DNA of 62,906 bases, counting the filler, from Asterionella formosa (Eukaryota): the NCBI GenBank assembly GCA_002256025.1. It is 17 parts of 17 records of this genome, joined end to end, with 100 filler letters (N's around TTAATTAATTAA, not from the genome) between each part and the next. Parts side by side here need not be neighbours in the genome. Positions count along the whole stretch, not along the records: positions 50,495 to 51,786 come from NKIB01003185.1; positions 51,887 to 53,178 come from NKIB01003186.1; positions 53,279 to 54,570 come from NKIB01003187.1; positions 54,671 to 55,961 come from NKIB01003189.1; positions 56,062 to 57,352 come from NKIB01003190.1; positions 57,453 to 58,743 come from NKIB01003191.1; positions 58,844 to 60,137 come from NKIB01003192.1; positions 60,238 to 61,527 come from NKIB01003195.1; 9 more parts are not named here. One strand, 5' to 3'. The position numbers were made by a program, and so were the translations under genes. Under the pieces are notes generated by a model. That model searched no databases and had not been told where the DNA came from. It worked only from the letters and a program-made list of their open reading frames with translations. Every line of letters begins with the position of its first letter. Within the stretch, counting starts at the first letter, position 1. Positions 50,495 through 62,906 of the stretch are shown here, one piece after another.

Positions 50495-51786
50495 AAAGGT
50501 GAAGAAGCACTTCGCATATTAACCCCAACCCAAGTTCCAACCACTTCAATTTCGTCTCCCATTGCTGACATTCAAGAAGAAGGTCTCATGGGGCTTTCGA
50601 ACTTGGCTTTGCATGACAACAACAATGTGACAAACTCTAAAGCAGGAGGGCCTACTGCCCCTTCAAGTTCGTCTTCGATTGCTGCAATTCTTTCTAGGAT
50701 GCAAAGGAATGAGCGGAATGCTGATATTCAAGTTGATGGTCTCATTGAGCTTGCGAACTTGGCTTTGAATGACAACAACAAGGTGGCGATTGCTAACAAA
50801 GGAGGTATCGCTAAGATTCTGTCTGCGATGAAGACTCATTCATCCAATGCTTATGTCCAAGAGTATGGTTGTGCAGCACTTTCTAACTTGGCTATGACTG
50901 ACAACAACAAGGTGAAGATTGCTGCAGCAGGAGGTATCTCTGTGATTCTATCTACAATGAAGACTCATTTGACCAATGCTAAGGTGCAACAATATGGTTG
51001 TGGAGCACTTTCTATCTTGGCTATGACTGACAACAACAAGGTGAAGATTGCTGCAGCAGGAGGTATCTCTGCGATTCTATCTGCAATGAAGACTCATTTG
51101 ACTAATGCTAAGGTGCAACAATATGGTTGTGGAGCACTTTCGAGCTTGGCTATGACTGACAACAACACGGTAATGATTGCTTTAGCAGGAAGTATCACTG
51201 AGATTCTGTCTGCGATGAAGACTCATTCTTCCAATGCTAAGGTACAAGAAAATGGTTGTGGTGCAATTAGCAACTTGGCTTTGAATGACACCAAGAAGGC
51301 ATCAATTGTTTCAGCAGGAGGTATCACTATGATTCTGTCTGCGATGGGGACTCATTCTGCCAATGCTAATGTGCAACAGTATTGTTGTGGAGCACTTAGA
51401 AACTTGGCTGTGAATGACTACTTCAGTGCGATGATCACTACAGCAGGAGGTATCACTGCGATTCTGTCTGCCATGACAGCTCATTCATCCCATGCTAATG
51501 TGCAAGAGTATGGTTGTGGAGCACTTGTGAACTTTGCTTTGAATGATGAAAACATCAGAGTGACGATAATAGATGCTGGTGGAATAGACGTAATTGAGTC
51601 TGCTAAGCGCAATCACTCATCCAATGCCCATGTGCAAGAAAAAGTTGAAGAAGCACTTTGCATGTTAACCCCAACCCAAGTTCCAACCACTTCAATTTCG
51701 TCTCCCATTGCTGACATTCAAGAAGAAGGTCTCATGGGGCTTTCGAACTTGGCTTTGCATGACAACAACAACAATGTGACAAAGAA
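50495..51786 (+). CDS. ARM-repeat protein (partial at both ends) with ~41-aa repeats and a 1146-bp higher-order repeat
   Basis: Open frame across the contig; AGGISAILSAMKTH..NAKVQQYGCGAL repeats; 50495-50632 recurs at 51641-51781. Confidence 0.9.
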
Positions 51787-51886
51787 NNNNNNNNNNNNNN
51801 NNNNNNNNNNNNNNNNNNNNNNNNNNNNNNTTAATTAATTAANNNNNNNNNNNNNNNNNNNNNNNNNNNNNNNNNNNNNNNNNNNN

Positions 51887-53178
51887 AACTGTAGACATGG
51901 GGAGTAGCCTCAAGAGATGAAGCGAAATCTGCAGCTGAAGTAGATCGCACCTCATCGAGCAAGGAATCAACTAGTGGTGCATGTGATTCTTCATGGGTTG
52001 TGGATGAGATTGCGTTGACATGTAGTGCACGAGAGGGTGAAGATGTTGTCTGTAGATATTGACGAGATGCACGAAGAGTTGATGGGGTACTGTCAAAAGG
52101 TGGGAGTTGAGCCGCCTGGGCAGTCTTTGCTTTGACTAATAGCTCTTTCCTGGTGTCAGATAGTCCATTGAGGTGCCAGCAATCTGGCGTCTTATGGTTT
52201 GTCCCAAAACAAATACAACAACAAAGGGGATCATGTTTGACACCACACCAAGAGTACTGGCATGCACCATGTGGATTTGCTGAGCGAGCTCGTTGAATAG
52301 CAGAGACAATGAGGGAATGAATAGGATGTTGCGTAGGATCAAGAGATAAGCTGCCAGCAAGAGCACATTCCAAAGTGTGTTCAACATCAATTGCAGGGAT
52401 TAATACCTGTGTGTGAGTTGAGGAATGATTACCCAAGTGAATTGCATTGGTCGATCTGTGCGTTCGTGGGGTTGGCAGGTACTGCAGCAATGATTTAAGT
52501 TTCGAATATAGACCTTCAACTTGGAGACGTAGAGGAACTGCGCGCGCTTTCCGATGAGTAGAATAAAGACGTAGATCATCAGATTTGAGAGAACGCAATG
52601 CAAATAATTCTTCTTGAAGGTAGTGAGCATTGGAGCCTAAGCCTTGAAGGTAATGCAATGGGATGTCAACCAGCCGAAAGGTAGAATGCTCAGGATAAAG
52701 GTATAAGAGTTCAAGCCATCGCGTATAGTTGGTGTTGTACTTGGTCAGAGCATCAAGGACCGTTTGATTGCCTGAAATGGTATATTGGGGAGCTGAAGCA
52801 GTGTGTTGTGCAAAGCCAGGCGCAAAGTTATCACGAAGACCAGGGTGAAAAAGAAGCATTAAGTCTTGTGGTACACCAAACCCATCACCTTTGGGACTGT
52901 GTTTGTCAAGAATATCTTTAGCTTTATCACCGTGATTGAGGGGTAATATATCTGGAGAGGATAGTACCGCGTACAGTGTATTAATGAACCGTTGATGTTC
53001 ACTATCAAAGTGTTCAGCAGTAGCAGCGATGGAGAATTTAGGCCCAAACAGGATGTGCAAGGAGGAGAGCAAGTCCCCATCGATAGGAGTCTCACGAAGA
53101 TCTGCATCATACAGTAAGTCCACAGCTTGCGGAAGTAAATCCATGTGAAAACCAGTGGAGTTGAGGGCAGAACGAAGA
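51887..53178 (-). CDS. Gag-like polyprotein fragment with a CCHC zinc knuckle (probably LTR retrotransposon)
   Basis: Frame open across the whole contig; CCICFGTNHKTPDC fits CX2CX4HX4C. Confidence 0.6.
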
Positions 53179-53278
53179 NNNNNNNNNNNNNNNNNNNNNN
53201 NNNNNNNNNNNNNNNNNNNNNNTTAATTAATTAANNNNNNNNNNNNNNNNNNNNNNNNNNNNNNNNNNNNNNNNNNNN

Positions 53279-53832
53279 AAACTTCCCCAGGTAAGCACAC
53301 CATTGTTTCCAGTTTCATATGCCAAAGTGCCCATCATTGTAAACTGACTATCATAATGCTCACTCACACCTTCATTGTTGTCATCTTCTTCCTCCTCGAC
53401 AATTTTATATGAATTATGAATGAGATTACTGGGAAATAACAAGGCAAAGCTGCCATCAGCATTCAAGAATTGGGGTTTAGTAGGGCCACAATGGTCAGGT
53501 GTCAATGTAGACACCATGGTTGCAGTTGATGGCTGAAAGAGGGACGAACCAGAAGTAGTATACATACTAGTAGTACTAGACTTAACTTCTAGTTTAGCAC
53601 TTTGTTTTAGTTCATTCTTCACTTGGTTAACAGATATCCAAGGGAAAATGCATTGCTTAGCTGATACTGTCCTAGAAATAGCACCATAAGGCATTTTTCC
53701 ACCATTCTTAGCCTTCTTAGCTTATAGCTCCCTAATCACATTGTTAAGACAAATCTGAACACTGACCAACTCTTCAGGAGACAATTTCTTTCGAGGCAAG
53801 GCATTGCCTTGTCGAGGCGCTTTCGATGTCAT
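53279..53832 (-). pseudogene. Probable DNA-transposon ORF N-terminus with an in-frame stop
   Basis: MTSKAP...REL*AKKAKNGGKMPYGAISRTV..FPWIS; upstream duplicated agcggtggcttacagtt motifs (54289-54336). Confidence 0.35.
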
Positions 53833-55105
53833 GGTGTTGGTGTTGTGATGGGTGATGGGTGATTGTTGTGTGTTTGCATTTAATTTTTGTACTCATAATT
53901 CGGGCGCACCAGGAATTCCTATTTGACGTTTTCCATTAATGAAATTATCTCTTTATTATGGCGCACGAGCGAAAGCGCAATGCCGTCGTAGTCATATTAA
54001 ATAAATTTTAGAGGATACTAAATTAGTTTTCTAGCGGAGGAATATTCTCATACCTGAATACGTATATAAAAGGTGATGCTTGCTCAATCGAGTAAACGTG
54101 AAAAAATCCAATTTTCGCAATTTCACGTCGACAGCAACCTTTGGGCGATAATACCTAATTAACAATGTACACAATGCAACAATACAAGTACGGAAGTATT
54201 TACTCGCTATATAAATCTGAACAATTCGTTCGTGACAATAAATAGCGTATCTTGTAAACTAAGTTCAAACCGTGCGTTTACTCCGTTTAGCGGTGGCTTA
54301 CAGTTCAAAAGTCGCCGTAGCGGTGGCTTACAGTTTTTAAGTGGTATCTGAATTTTTTAACATTTATATATGCATTTATTTATAATGTATTTGCCATTCC
54401 TGTTCAAATTTTTATACCGGAATATTACATACAGTCATCACCTAATATGTCTCATGTCCGACTCAATCTTGCTTGATGTTTCATCATGGGGCTTTCAGGA
54501 ATTCATTGAAGGGTCCAATGGCGACTCTACCTCCTCCTCCAGCGACCAACGTTGACAACGACAGTCGCGANNNNNNNNNNNNNNNNNNNNNNNNNNNNNN
54601 NNNNNNNNNNNNNNTTAATTAATTAANNNNNNNNNNNNNNNNNNNNNNNNNNNNNNNNNNNNNNNNNNNNATACCATACAATCTTTCCCCAGGCTGTAGT
54701 TTGTAATATTGCATTCTTGCGTTGATTAACAGAACAAAGCAATTGTGAACTTTTGTAACGATGCATACAATGAAATAATTATGATGCGTTTGTAACATGT
54801 TTGACGAGCGATGTGCTCAATCGATGCGAATGCTGAACTATTCTTCGCGTGTGGTACCAGGTACCGTACCTGGTACCACTGGTACTATACCGTGTATGTG
54901 ACCCATTGTTACCAAACCTGGAGGGAGTTGGGAGTTCCGGGAAAGTCCAAATATTGCGAATATTTGTCAGCACATGCAGACCGGGTACAAAATATTTATT
55001 TATATATTTATTTAAGGTTCCTGCATTTGAACCCCTAGCTCGTGGTAGGGTTAAAAATATAATATTAAGTCAGAGTAGTCAAACAAAGACTTCTTACGAA
55101 TAAAA

Positions 55106-55600
55106 TGTAAATAAATATCGCTAAACGGAGCTTTCACCAATAAACACCCTTTTCACTTGCTAAAATACAGTCATTTATCAAAGTAGGGGTATAGGTCAAC
55201 GCTATATATCGTCAGGATATAGGATCTGGTGAGAAACTGCAGAAAGGAACTTCGGTTTTTAAACTATGCTGAAAATAGTGGATTTTACCGGGTTTATTTG
55301 GCCTAGTAAAATAACCGAAGTTCCTTTCTGCAGTTTCTCGCCGAAAGTTAACTTCTGGGGCTATATGAAGATTACCTACTATGTACTTAACTCTTCTTCA
55401 AACCCTGCCAACGTTGAGCTATCCTCGTCCATCGGCCTTTTCAACGGTCACCAAAACGTCGGAATCAGAATCAGAATCAGTAATCGCTGAAACGTCATCA
55501 TCGGAATCGTAGTCTTGTGCTAAAATTTGTAGTCGTAAAATCTCGTGTACAAAAAGTTCCAATGTAATTGCCCGCTGTATTAATCATATTCTGATTGGTT
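55106..55600 (+). repeat. Non-coding module with a 30-bp internal inverted repeat (55228-55257 / 55313-55342), copy B
   Basis: ggtgagaaactgcagaaaggaacttcggtt pairs with aaccgaagttcctttctgcagtttctcgcc; collinear with 620-1127. Confidence 0.8.
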
Positions 55601-56061
55601 ATCCTTCTTATATCCGTTCGATTGGCACGGTTTGCGAGGTCTTGCAATCCCACGCCGGCCACACTGGATACACATGAAGCTCGATCATGGTGCCAGCACC
55701 CCTTCCAGCCAAGAGCTCTATTTCTCCCTCTGCATGGCAAAAGGAGTTGCAACGAACTGTTGCTGTTGCTGTTCTGGACAAGGTATCAGGAGGGCCAACA
55801 ATGACAATCAAAAATCTTCAGAATAAAATATATTTACTTTATCATGGCGATCCATCCGTGAAAGGAAGCATTGGATATTTGGAGTCTCTGCTGAGGGGAA
55901 GGGGTCAGTTCGAAGACCTTTGGAGTAGAGAGGAGCTGAATACCAACATCCCAGAAAGAAANNNNNNNNNNNNNNNNNNNNNNNNNNNNNNNNNNNNNNN
56001 NNNNNTTAATTAATTAANNNNNNNNNNNNNNNNNNNNNNNNNNNNNNNNNNNNNNNNNNNN

Positions 56062-56508
56062 TTGCAATGTTTGTAGGTTATGTTGTCTCCAAGCTAATTC
56101 TAGGGATTCGCGCAATGTTTTCTTGTGAGTGTTGTATGCGCTAATGTATTCGGGTTTTGTGATAACATTGTGAATTGTATTCATATCCTCTTTGCACAAG
56201 GATCCTCCTTCTTTGATTTCTTCATTCACAGTAAGTATCTTCACAATGCTTGCTCTGTATATTCTGTATCTTGATTCTCCTAGCATGGATAAGATTTGCA
56301 ATATTGGTCTTCTTATGAAAGTGAAAAATATTTTCATAGTAATGATTCCATTGCTACGTAATATTTCTTTGAATTCGTCTTCAATGCCCATTATGTTAGT
56401 TAACATTGTTCCAAGTTCATTCTCCATTTCTGCTTCATTATCAATGTCTTCATCATTGTCATCCCAGGCCATTTCATAACTCTCTGGGATAATTGGATTA
56501 GTACTCAT
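56062..56508 (-). CDS. ORF N-terminus downstream of the leader shared with 41007-41430; probable Copia gag start
   Basis: ATG at 56508, open to the contig end; the leader is a dispersed repeat. Confidence 0.45.
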
Positions 56509-57591
56509 TGTTTAATAGTTGTTGTTGTTTTGTCTCGTTGCTATCGAGAGTCGTTTTATACTCTGTACGGAGTGATTATATATGGGATTTCAACAGGTTT
56601 CTCTTCCTTGTTGGGGCTTACAGCCTCTTTTGGTTTTCTAGTATCTTCCGCAGACACGCGTATCCATACCAGCAGAGGACTCTCTACTCTGATCAATGTC
56701 GACTCCTTGTCCTAAGCTCGACACCTGCAACCTTGTCCTTGACACAGTTGACTTCTTTCCTGTCTCTGTCAGTATTCACTGTAACTTGGGCAGACACGCC
56801 GTTGCTTCGCAGTGACTCTTCTCTTTCTTCACTTGCTCACGGTGAGCGGAATGGGTCCTGATAAACTAGTGGAGGGAAAATGGGCTGGCTAACCTTGTTA
56901 ACCAGAAACCGTCTTAAACAGTGACGATATTCTCAGTGGCAATACCGGATAATAAAGGTTAAAATGTAAAACGTAAACTAAAATTATGATATAAACTGTG
57001 AAAAATGGAAATGATCTCCAATGGTCAATCCATTCCTCTCTTCCTGTAGGTTAATACTAATTCCATACGTAAATAGTGCATACGTAATCCCCGAATTGAC
57101 GTGGTATGCAACCATACGTATTCCTTTTTCTCAAATTCTCAAGATCGGAACATATCCAGCTGTTTTGATCTTCCTCTATATATAGTAAACCCCTAATATT
57201 ACGCAAAAATTAACCCCCAACAAGTAGGGGTAACACTTGAACGCATCAGCTAAATTTCTCAATCTCCGGGGCTCATGCTACCACATGGGACCGCACACCA
57301 TCAACCATCATGATTGCACAAAAAATAAATGAGGGTGAGCAGGAAGGGAATANNNNNNNNNNNNNNNNNNNNNNNNNNNNNNNNNNNNNNNNNNNNTTAA
57401 TTAATTAANNNNNNNNNNNNNNNNNNNNNNNNNNNNNNNNNNNNNNNNNNNNAATTCACAGAAATTAATTCCCTGTTCCATGCCGATTTTACAACCCTAG
57501 CGATATTTTGCTCAAAACTAGGGTTAAGCCGTGGCTGTAACCTTCATCTATGATCAAATACCGGTATATACCTGCAAAAGGTAGATTTTTA

Positions 57592-57807
57592 AATTTTTTA
57601 ATTAAATTTCATGTTACATTAAAGCTATCCAATAATTGCACTCGGGCCCGAAAAATTTGACACAATTAGTACCGGTTTTTTCAGACCTGTCTTTTTCATC
57701 AGCCGCACCCCCCGTAATCCTAGGGACTACATGAAAAAGACAGGTGGAGAATGCAGGAATCGAATTCACCACCGCAGATGGGTGTGATAACCACTAAACC
57801 ATTCCCC
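57592..57807 (-). mobile_element. tRNA-derived SINE, copy 3 (small internal deletions)
   Basis: Reverse complement of the same family; degenerate TSD tgcaaaaggtagattttta (57573-57591) / tgcaaaaacgtagatattta (57808-57827). Confidence 0.88.
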
Positions 57808-59205
57808 TGCAAAAACGTAGATATTTATATGTATACTAGGCATATACATACATGATATTATTTTGTATAGTGCTGGGTATGCACAGTAGACTCCACAACA
57901 CTGGTATTTAAATCACACAGAATATTACATAGTACCCCATGCGCCAATGCCCTGGTGGGTAGGATAGACCACGTACAAGTCAAGACTGGGGCTGCATACA
58001 GGTTTTTAGTGAGTGAAAGTGAAACACTCCTACTTCGTCCAGATGATGGGAGAGGCAGGGTGTCTCACCGGACACCATGACAATCAAGGATGACTGGGTG
58101 GTGCCTCAAGACCACTCCCACATAGTGAATTGGTTAAAGGTGTTAGAATCCTCCCATGATGCCACCTCCCAAGCACCCCACATTTGATGGTGCAGGCGGG
58201 CAAAGTAACCGGATAATATTTCCGCTGGCGCCTTGGAACAGCAAAAAAACCCAAGCAAATTACTGGTAGAACCGAATTATTGAAAAATGAGGCCTTGAGA
58301 TCCTATGTTGAAAACTTTGTTGGATCATTGCATGACAGAAAGGAGAGTAAAGATTCTTTTCCCTGATTGGATGATTGGAAGATGCCATTTTCTCTATTGC
58401 AATACATAACGTGAGGCAGCAACAGCAGGTGAACTAACGAGGATTAATTGCCCTCTTGTTACGAAAAGCATGGTCTCAATTGGAGGTGATGCGTGTTGGC
58501 ATGGCAGAATACCAACAAGGGATTTTCTGAGTCAAGATGATTTTATTTAGTACAATAGGAATGATGTTATTTTGTACTATAGGAATGAAATTGCTCTATT
58601 AATGTGTAATACCAGTTGTTCTTGTTCACTGTTGATGCAGGATTTGATTTCCTTTCCGAGCTGCCACTGTCAACAAACCCGCATTTGTATGAAAATCTGT
58701 CGTTCAAATTGAAGTCAAATGATCAATCCTCATTTAAAAACCCNNNNNNNNNNNNNNNNNNNNNNNNNNNNNNNNNNNNNNNNNNNNTTAATTAATTAAN
58801 NNNNNNNNNNNNNNNNNNNNNNNNNNNNNNNNNNNNNNNNNNNCGTATCTTTCTGGACGCGCTTCAGTCCTACTATGCCACTGGAAGGCAAGCTCAAGGA
58901 TGACGAGTTTGACCTATTGAAGGAAGATTTGCAACAATGGAACGGATCTGACATGGTTGTCATGAATGTTTCTTCCTGTTTGTGATCAATATCCCATCGA
59001 TCCATTTGTTCTCGCAAATGTTTTACTCGATGCCACCAGTCGAAACGATTGAGGTAATGAGTAGATATTGGCAGGACGCGCAGACGTTGGATATATATAG
59101 AAATAACAGCCTATGCAAATGCATTGTTTCATAGATACAAAATTAGTTATCATTTACTAACAGCTAGGTAAATGTGTTACGGTTAGATCTCTTCCATTTC
59201 TCCTT

Positions 59206-59533
59206 CAAACAGTTAAAACTTCACATGAAACCGTTAAAACTTCACATGAAACCGTTAAAACTTCACATGAAACCGTTAAAAGTAACCTTTTTACGTGAAG
59301 AGTGGCATTAATGCATGTGAAGTACCACATAATTAACACTCGTACGTAAACGAAATTTCGAAAAGTCAAATGAATTATTTGAAACATCAACTAATTCAGT
59401 CTCGCGTTCAAAATTCATTGTTAAAACTTCACATGAAACAGTTAAAAGTAATCTTTTTTACGTGAAGAGTGGCATTAATGCATGTGAAGTACCACATAAT
59501 TAACACTCATACGTAGACGAAATTTCGAAAAGT
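59206..59533 (+). repeat. 21-bp tandem repeat (aaccgttaaaacttcacatga, ~3.5 copies) followed by a ~110-bp duplication
   Basis: Direct reading: the array spans 59206-59282; 59253-59365 recurs at 59420-59533. Confidence 0.9.
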
Positions 59534-62500
59534 GGCGTATTTCGCGTCTTAGATGTGGATCAATGGCAGAGCATCCAATATTTTCATCATTTCCAATTCA
59601 TTTGAAGTCGACTGTCTTCCAGTTATTTGATTTCATATTTCCTTCGTAGCTCTGGAATTATTCAATTTTGCTCATCATTGATCAAAAAGTTGAGGGCAAG
59701 CCTGTAGCCACTCAGATGGATTGGAAAGATGGTGGAGGGGAAAGTGTGCGCAGATCATGAATGACAGAAAAAGATGAGATTGACAGTGGTTTTATACCAC
59801 CACTACAAATTTTAGCATTCTGTTGACGATCATAATACAACGAGGCATTCCCCAATTAGTTTGGAGGTGGAATGGGCGACAAAATGGTGGCCAAATAGAG
59901 TATTTGCATTCCTCCTTTCAGTCACAGAAGTAAATGACATGCTGGCATATTAACACTTCTTCATATAAATACAAAGGAATTTCGTGAAATGACCGGAATT
60001 TTTTTCCAAAACAAGGTATGAATAGTTTCTTCTAAATAGGGCTTAATTTCCAATACAAGAAGTGCCTTGTATTGGCTTTACTACTTCGCATCCGCCTTGA
60101 ATTGATTAACCAATCAGAACATCTGTTCCAATTTAAGNNNNNNNNNNNNNNNNNNNNNNNNNNNNNNNNNNNNNNNNNNNNTTAATTAATTAANNNNNNN
60201 NNNNNNNNNNNNNNNNNNNNNNNNNNNNNNNNNNNNNAACGGTTCATCAGTCAGCAGATCCGATTCATGCTCAGAGAATGATTCTGAAAATCGTCATCGG
60301 TCATTGAGAGTAACGCTTTCCTAAATTACTGCTTAAGGAATATTATTTCCATCGAAAGCTGGCCTATCTTGTCCGGCAGGCATGGGACAAATCATTGGGA
60401 GTGAGTCGAAACTGAAAAGGTACGCATAAAACATCATGCGCTACCGGACCTTCCAGCAAGTTGGGGTCATTCTCCTGAAATGGACAACGTGCATGTCGCC
60501 AGACAGGGGCTTTGAAAGGCAAATACTGGTATTATATGTAGAGCGAACTGGTCTAATAGTAGATGTCGGATTTACAAAATTACCTAAACTCTACAAAATG
60601 GAATAACAAGAAGAAGTGTCACAAAGGATGCCATAGCATTTATTGCCTTCAACTCTTCTTGGGCTAAAAATCATAGTTGACATGATGTTCAGTTGTGAGA
60701 AGTCAGGGGGATGTTTTCACCTTTTTTGATGTCAACAGATGCATTATTAATTTTCTTGTACAGTGTCCAAGAGATGTCGCTTGATGATTTTCTGACAAGA
60801 AGTGGAAGCTCAATTTGATTAGTAAGATTCTCAGCTTGCATAGGTTGTCTTCCATGGCTACCTATCACGAAGAAAGAGACCCAGAATCCTGTAGCTTCCA
60901 TTGACTAATGTCAAAAAATTTCAAAACACTGGCGATGCTGTTGATCAGCTTAATTTTTGTTTTTTGTGCTTATGTATGAACAATATATACTAGCTACCAG
61001 AATACCTCTCCTGCTCCCTCCTTTTTCACCAAGTTTTTTAACTACAACCATTCGATTTTTCATTTAATTCACTTTGATACGACAGAGACTAACATTTTCA
61101 ATGTGTTTTCGAATGAGCAAGTGAAACCAGTCCTCCACTTTACCTGTGTTGAAGGCTCAAGGTAACAAATATTCTAGTTGCTTTAAAGCAATAATCCTGA
61201 CATAAACAGTTACAAACCGCCACTGACATTAGTAGCTGGCAGGCTGTTTCTTAATATATTAGAATCAATCTAGGTTTTATTGGATAGTTTCCAAAGATTG
61301 TTATCGGTTTAATTATTGGAATATCAAAAGCCTATCATTGAGCAGTCAAAAGCTGACTGTAACAGGAGCTTCATAACAAGAAATTCAAAACAATATTGTA
61401 TGAGATATCTGCCTTACTATGTCCAATATATACATGACAATTGTTGTCATTTTTTGATTGAGAGAAACAATGAAGTCAAACAAAAGGGATGAAAATTTAA
61501 CATGCACTAGTATTGCTTTTTGAATTGNNNNNNNNNNNNNNNNNNNNNNNNNNNNNNNNNNNNNNNNNNNNTTAATTAATTAANNNNNNNNNNNNNNNNN
61601 NNNNNNNNNNNNNNNNNNNNNNNNNNNACGAAACTCGCATATCGCTATCGATTGTTGCTCTTGACAGCGCCAAAATAATCCAACTTTGGTTCTGTCTGAA
61701 ACCGACAATGAATCATCCTCGTTGGCTGCTGCTCCTGCTGCTCCTGCTGCTCCTTCCCATGCAGCATCCTGCTTTGACAACAATGGATGACGATATCCTA
61801 CTGGGATCGTCGAAGACTCGAAGGACAATATTTTATAGATAGCTGCCGGTATTATTCAAAGGTTTTTGTACTTAAGTTTATTATTTGTCTACATCAAGAG
61901 AGTACGGTAAATGTGTATTGTAAGCGTTTGTGGATCAATGAAACAGTTGACGTTATGTTGCCGGCGCGAACCACAATCTAAACCAATAGAAATGCTCCTT
62001 TTATTTGGCTACAATCGACCAAATACCAGATATTTGGTCGCTAAGGGGGTCATCCTCGATCAAGACCAAAGCATATTTGGTCTTGGTCGATGCGGTGGCT
62101 AAAATATTTTTGCTTTTTCGACCAAAACAACGCATCATGACGTGTAATGACCCGCAACTTCAATTGGCTTGGTATTTGGTCGATGCGGTGGCGATGCTCT
62201 TACGGTAGTTGTGTTTTCTAACTTTTAAAAATACCTGTACCGGTACTCTAAAACTGTTTGAAAACCGCTTTCACATACATGTAAAAGTATACATGTCGGT
62301 AAAATAATAGCTCTGGAAGGACGACTGATGACATTTCGCGCTTCAAGTGGGTGTCCTACCGGTAGTTCATTTACTGATCGAAAGGTAGGTTAGGTACCTG
62401 GTACCTGGTATTGGGTTGACATTGTGTATGAACCATACAAACATCAGTTGACAGTTGACAACAGCAACTCTTCAAGCGAACATCTGCGCGAACATATGCT

Positions 62501-62906
62501 TCCTTTTGTGTGCTCATGCTCACACATGTGCAGAGTCCTATGGGTCGAGATAGCCCGCAATGGCGCTGATACATAATTTTATTTAGCAGAAATACCGGCA
62601 ATTTGATTCCATTGACCATAGCTACCATTTACCAGGTACCATTACTGTACTATATTTAACAACCATATTTATACAATACAGTAGTACTACTACTGGAGAC
62701 CAGATGACGATATCTGTCACCATTTTCTGATGTTCCTTGTTCCCTACCGTTATGCTCCGATGTACGTACTGCAGGTTCCAGTACTAACTAGTAACGTAAG
62801 AACAAATGATATTTATGATGAATCACAGTATGTACGTACATTTTATCATGTTGGACAAGTGTGAAATTCCTGCCGTTGCTGTCCACATAGCGATTATGCA
62901 AGACAA

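Noticed and set aside
47230..51786. Cyclase + ARM + RT cluster as a signalling or defence system
   Set aside because: The genes lie on four separate contigs joined by artificial linkers.
57930..58420. Possible decayed coding region (JmjC- or Helitron-like words)
   Set aside because: Only isolated short motifs across broken frames; no family can be supported.

Overview
Eukaryotic DNA, most likely diatom (stramenopile): CoDi-type Copia elements, an Ambal-type LINE and GT-AG introns are present. The window is not one locus. It is 17 unrelated contigs joined by artificial 100-bp linkers (N44-TTAATTAATTAA-N44): two of about 21 kb (1-20981, 21082-42042), then fifteen of about 1.29 kb. Host genes are few: one complete 750-aa PDZ-domain gene, plus partial ORFs for a class III ADCY10-like cyclase, two ARM-repeat proteins and a single-pass membrane protein. 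The rest is mostly nested, decayed transposable elements: Copia, an Ambal-like RT+RNase H LINE, pogo-like DDE_1, Kolobok/Mutator-like, PIF/Harbinger, and two copies of a large Plavaka/CMC-like element. The most interesting signals are (1) a ~500-bp non-coding module in two very diverged copies whose 30-35-bp inverted repeat has changed sequence while staying paired; (2) a three-copy tRNA-headed SINE family with ~20-bp TSDs and tails resembling the local LINE; (3) a Plavaka-like element carrying a convergent ORF with Ulp1/C48-protease-like motifs, plus an internally deleted derivative; (4) a small convergent Cys/His ORF next to the pogo transposase. I found no CRISPR array, TnpB/Fanzor, rRNA or true tRNA. 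All family calls come from reading motifs by eye; no database search was run.
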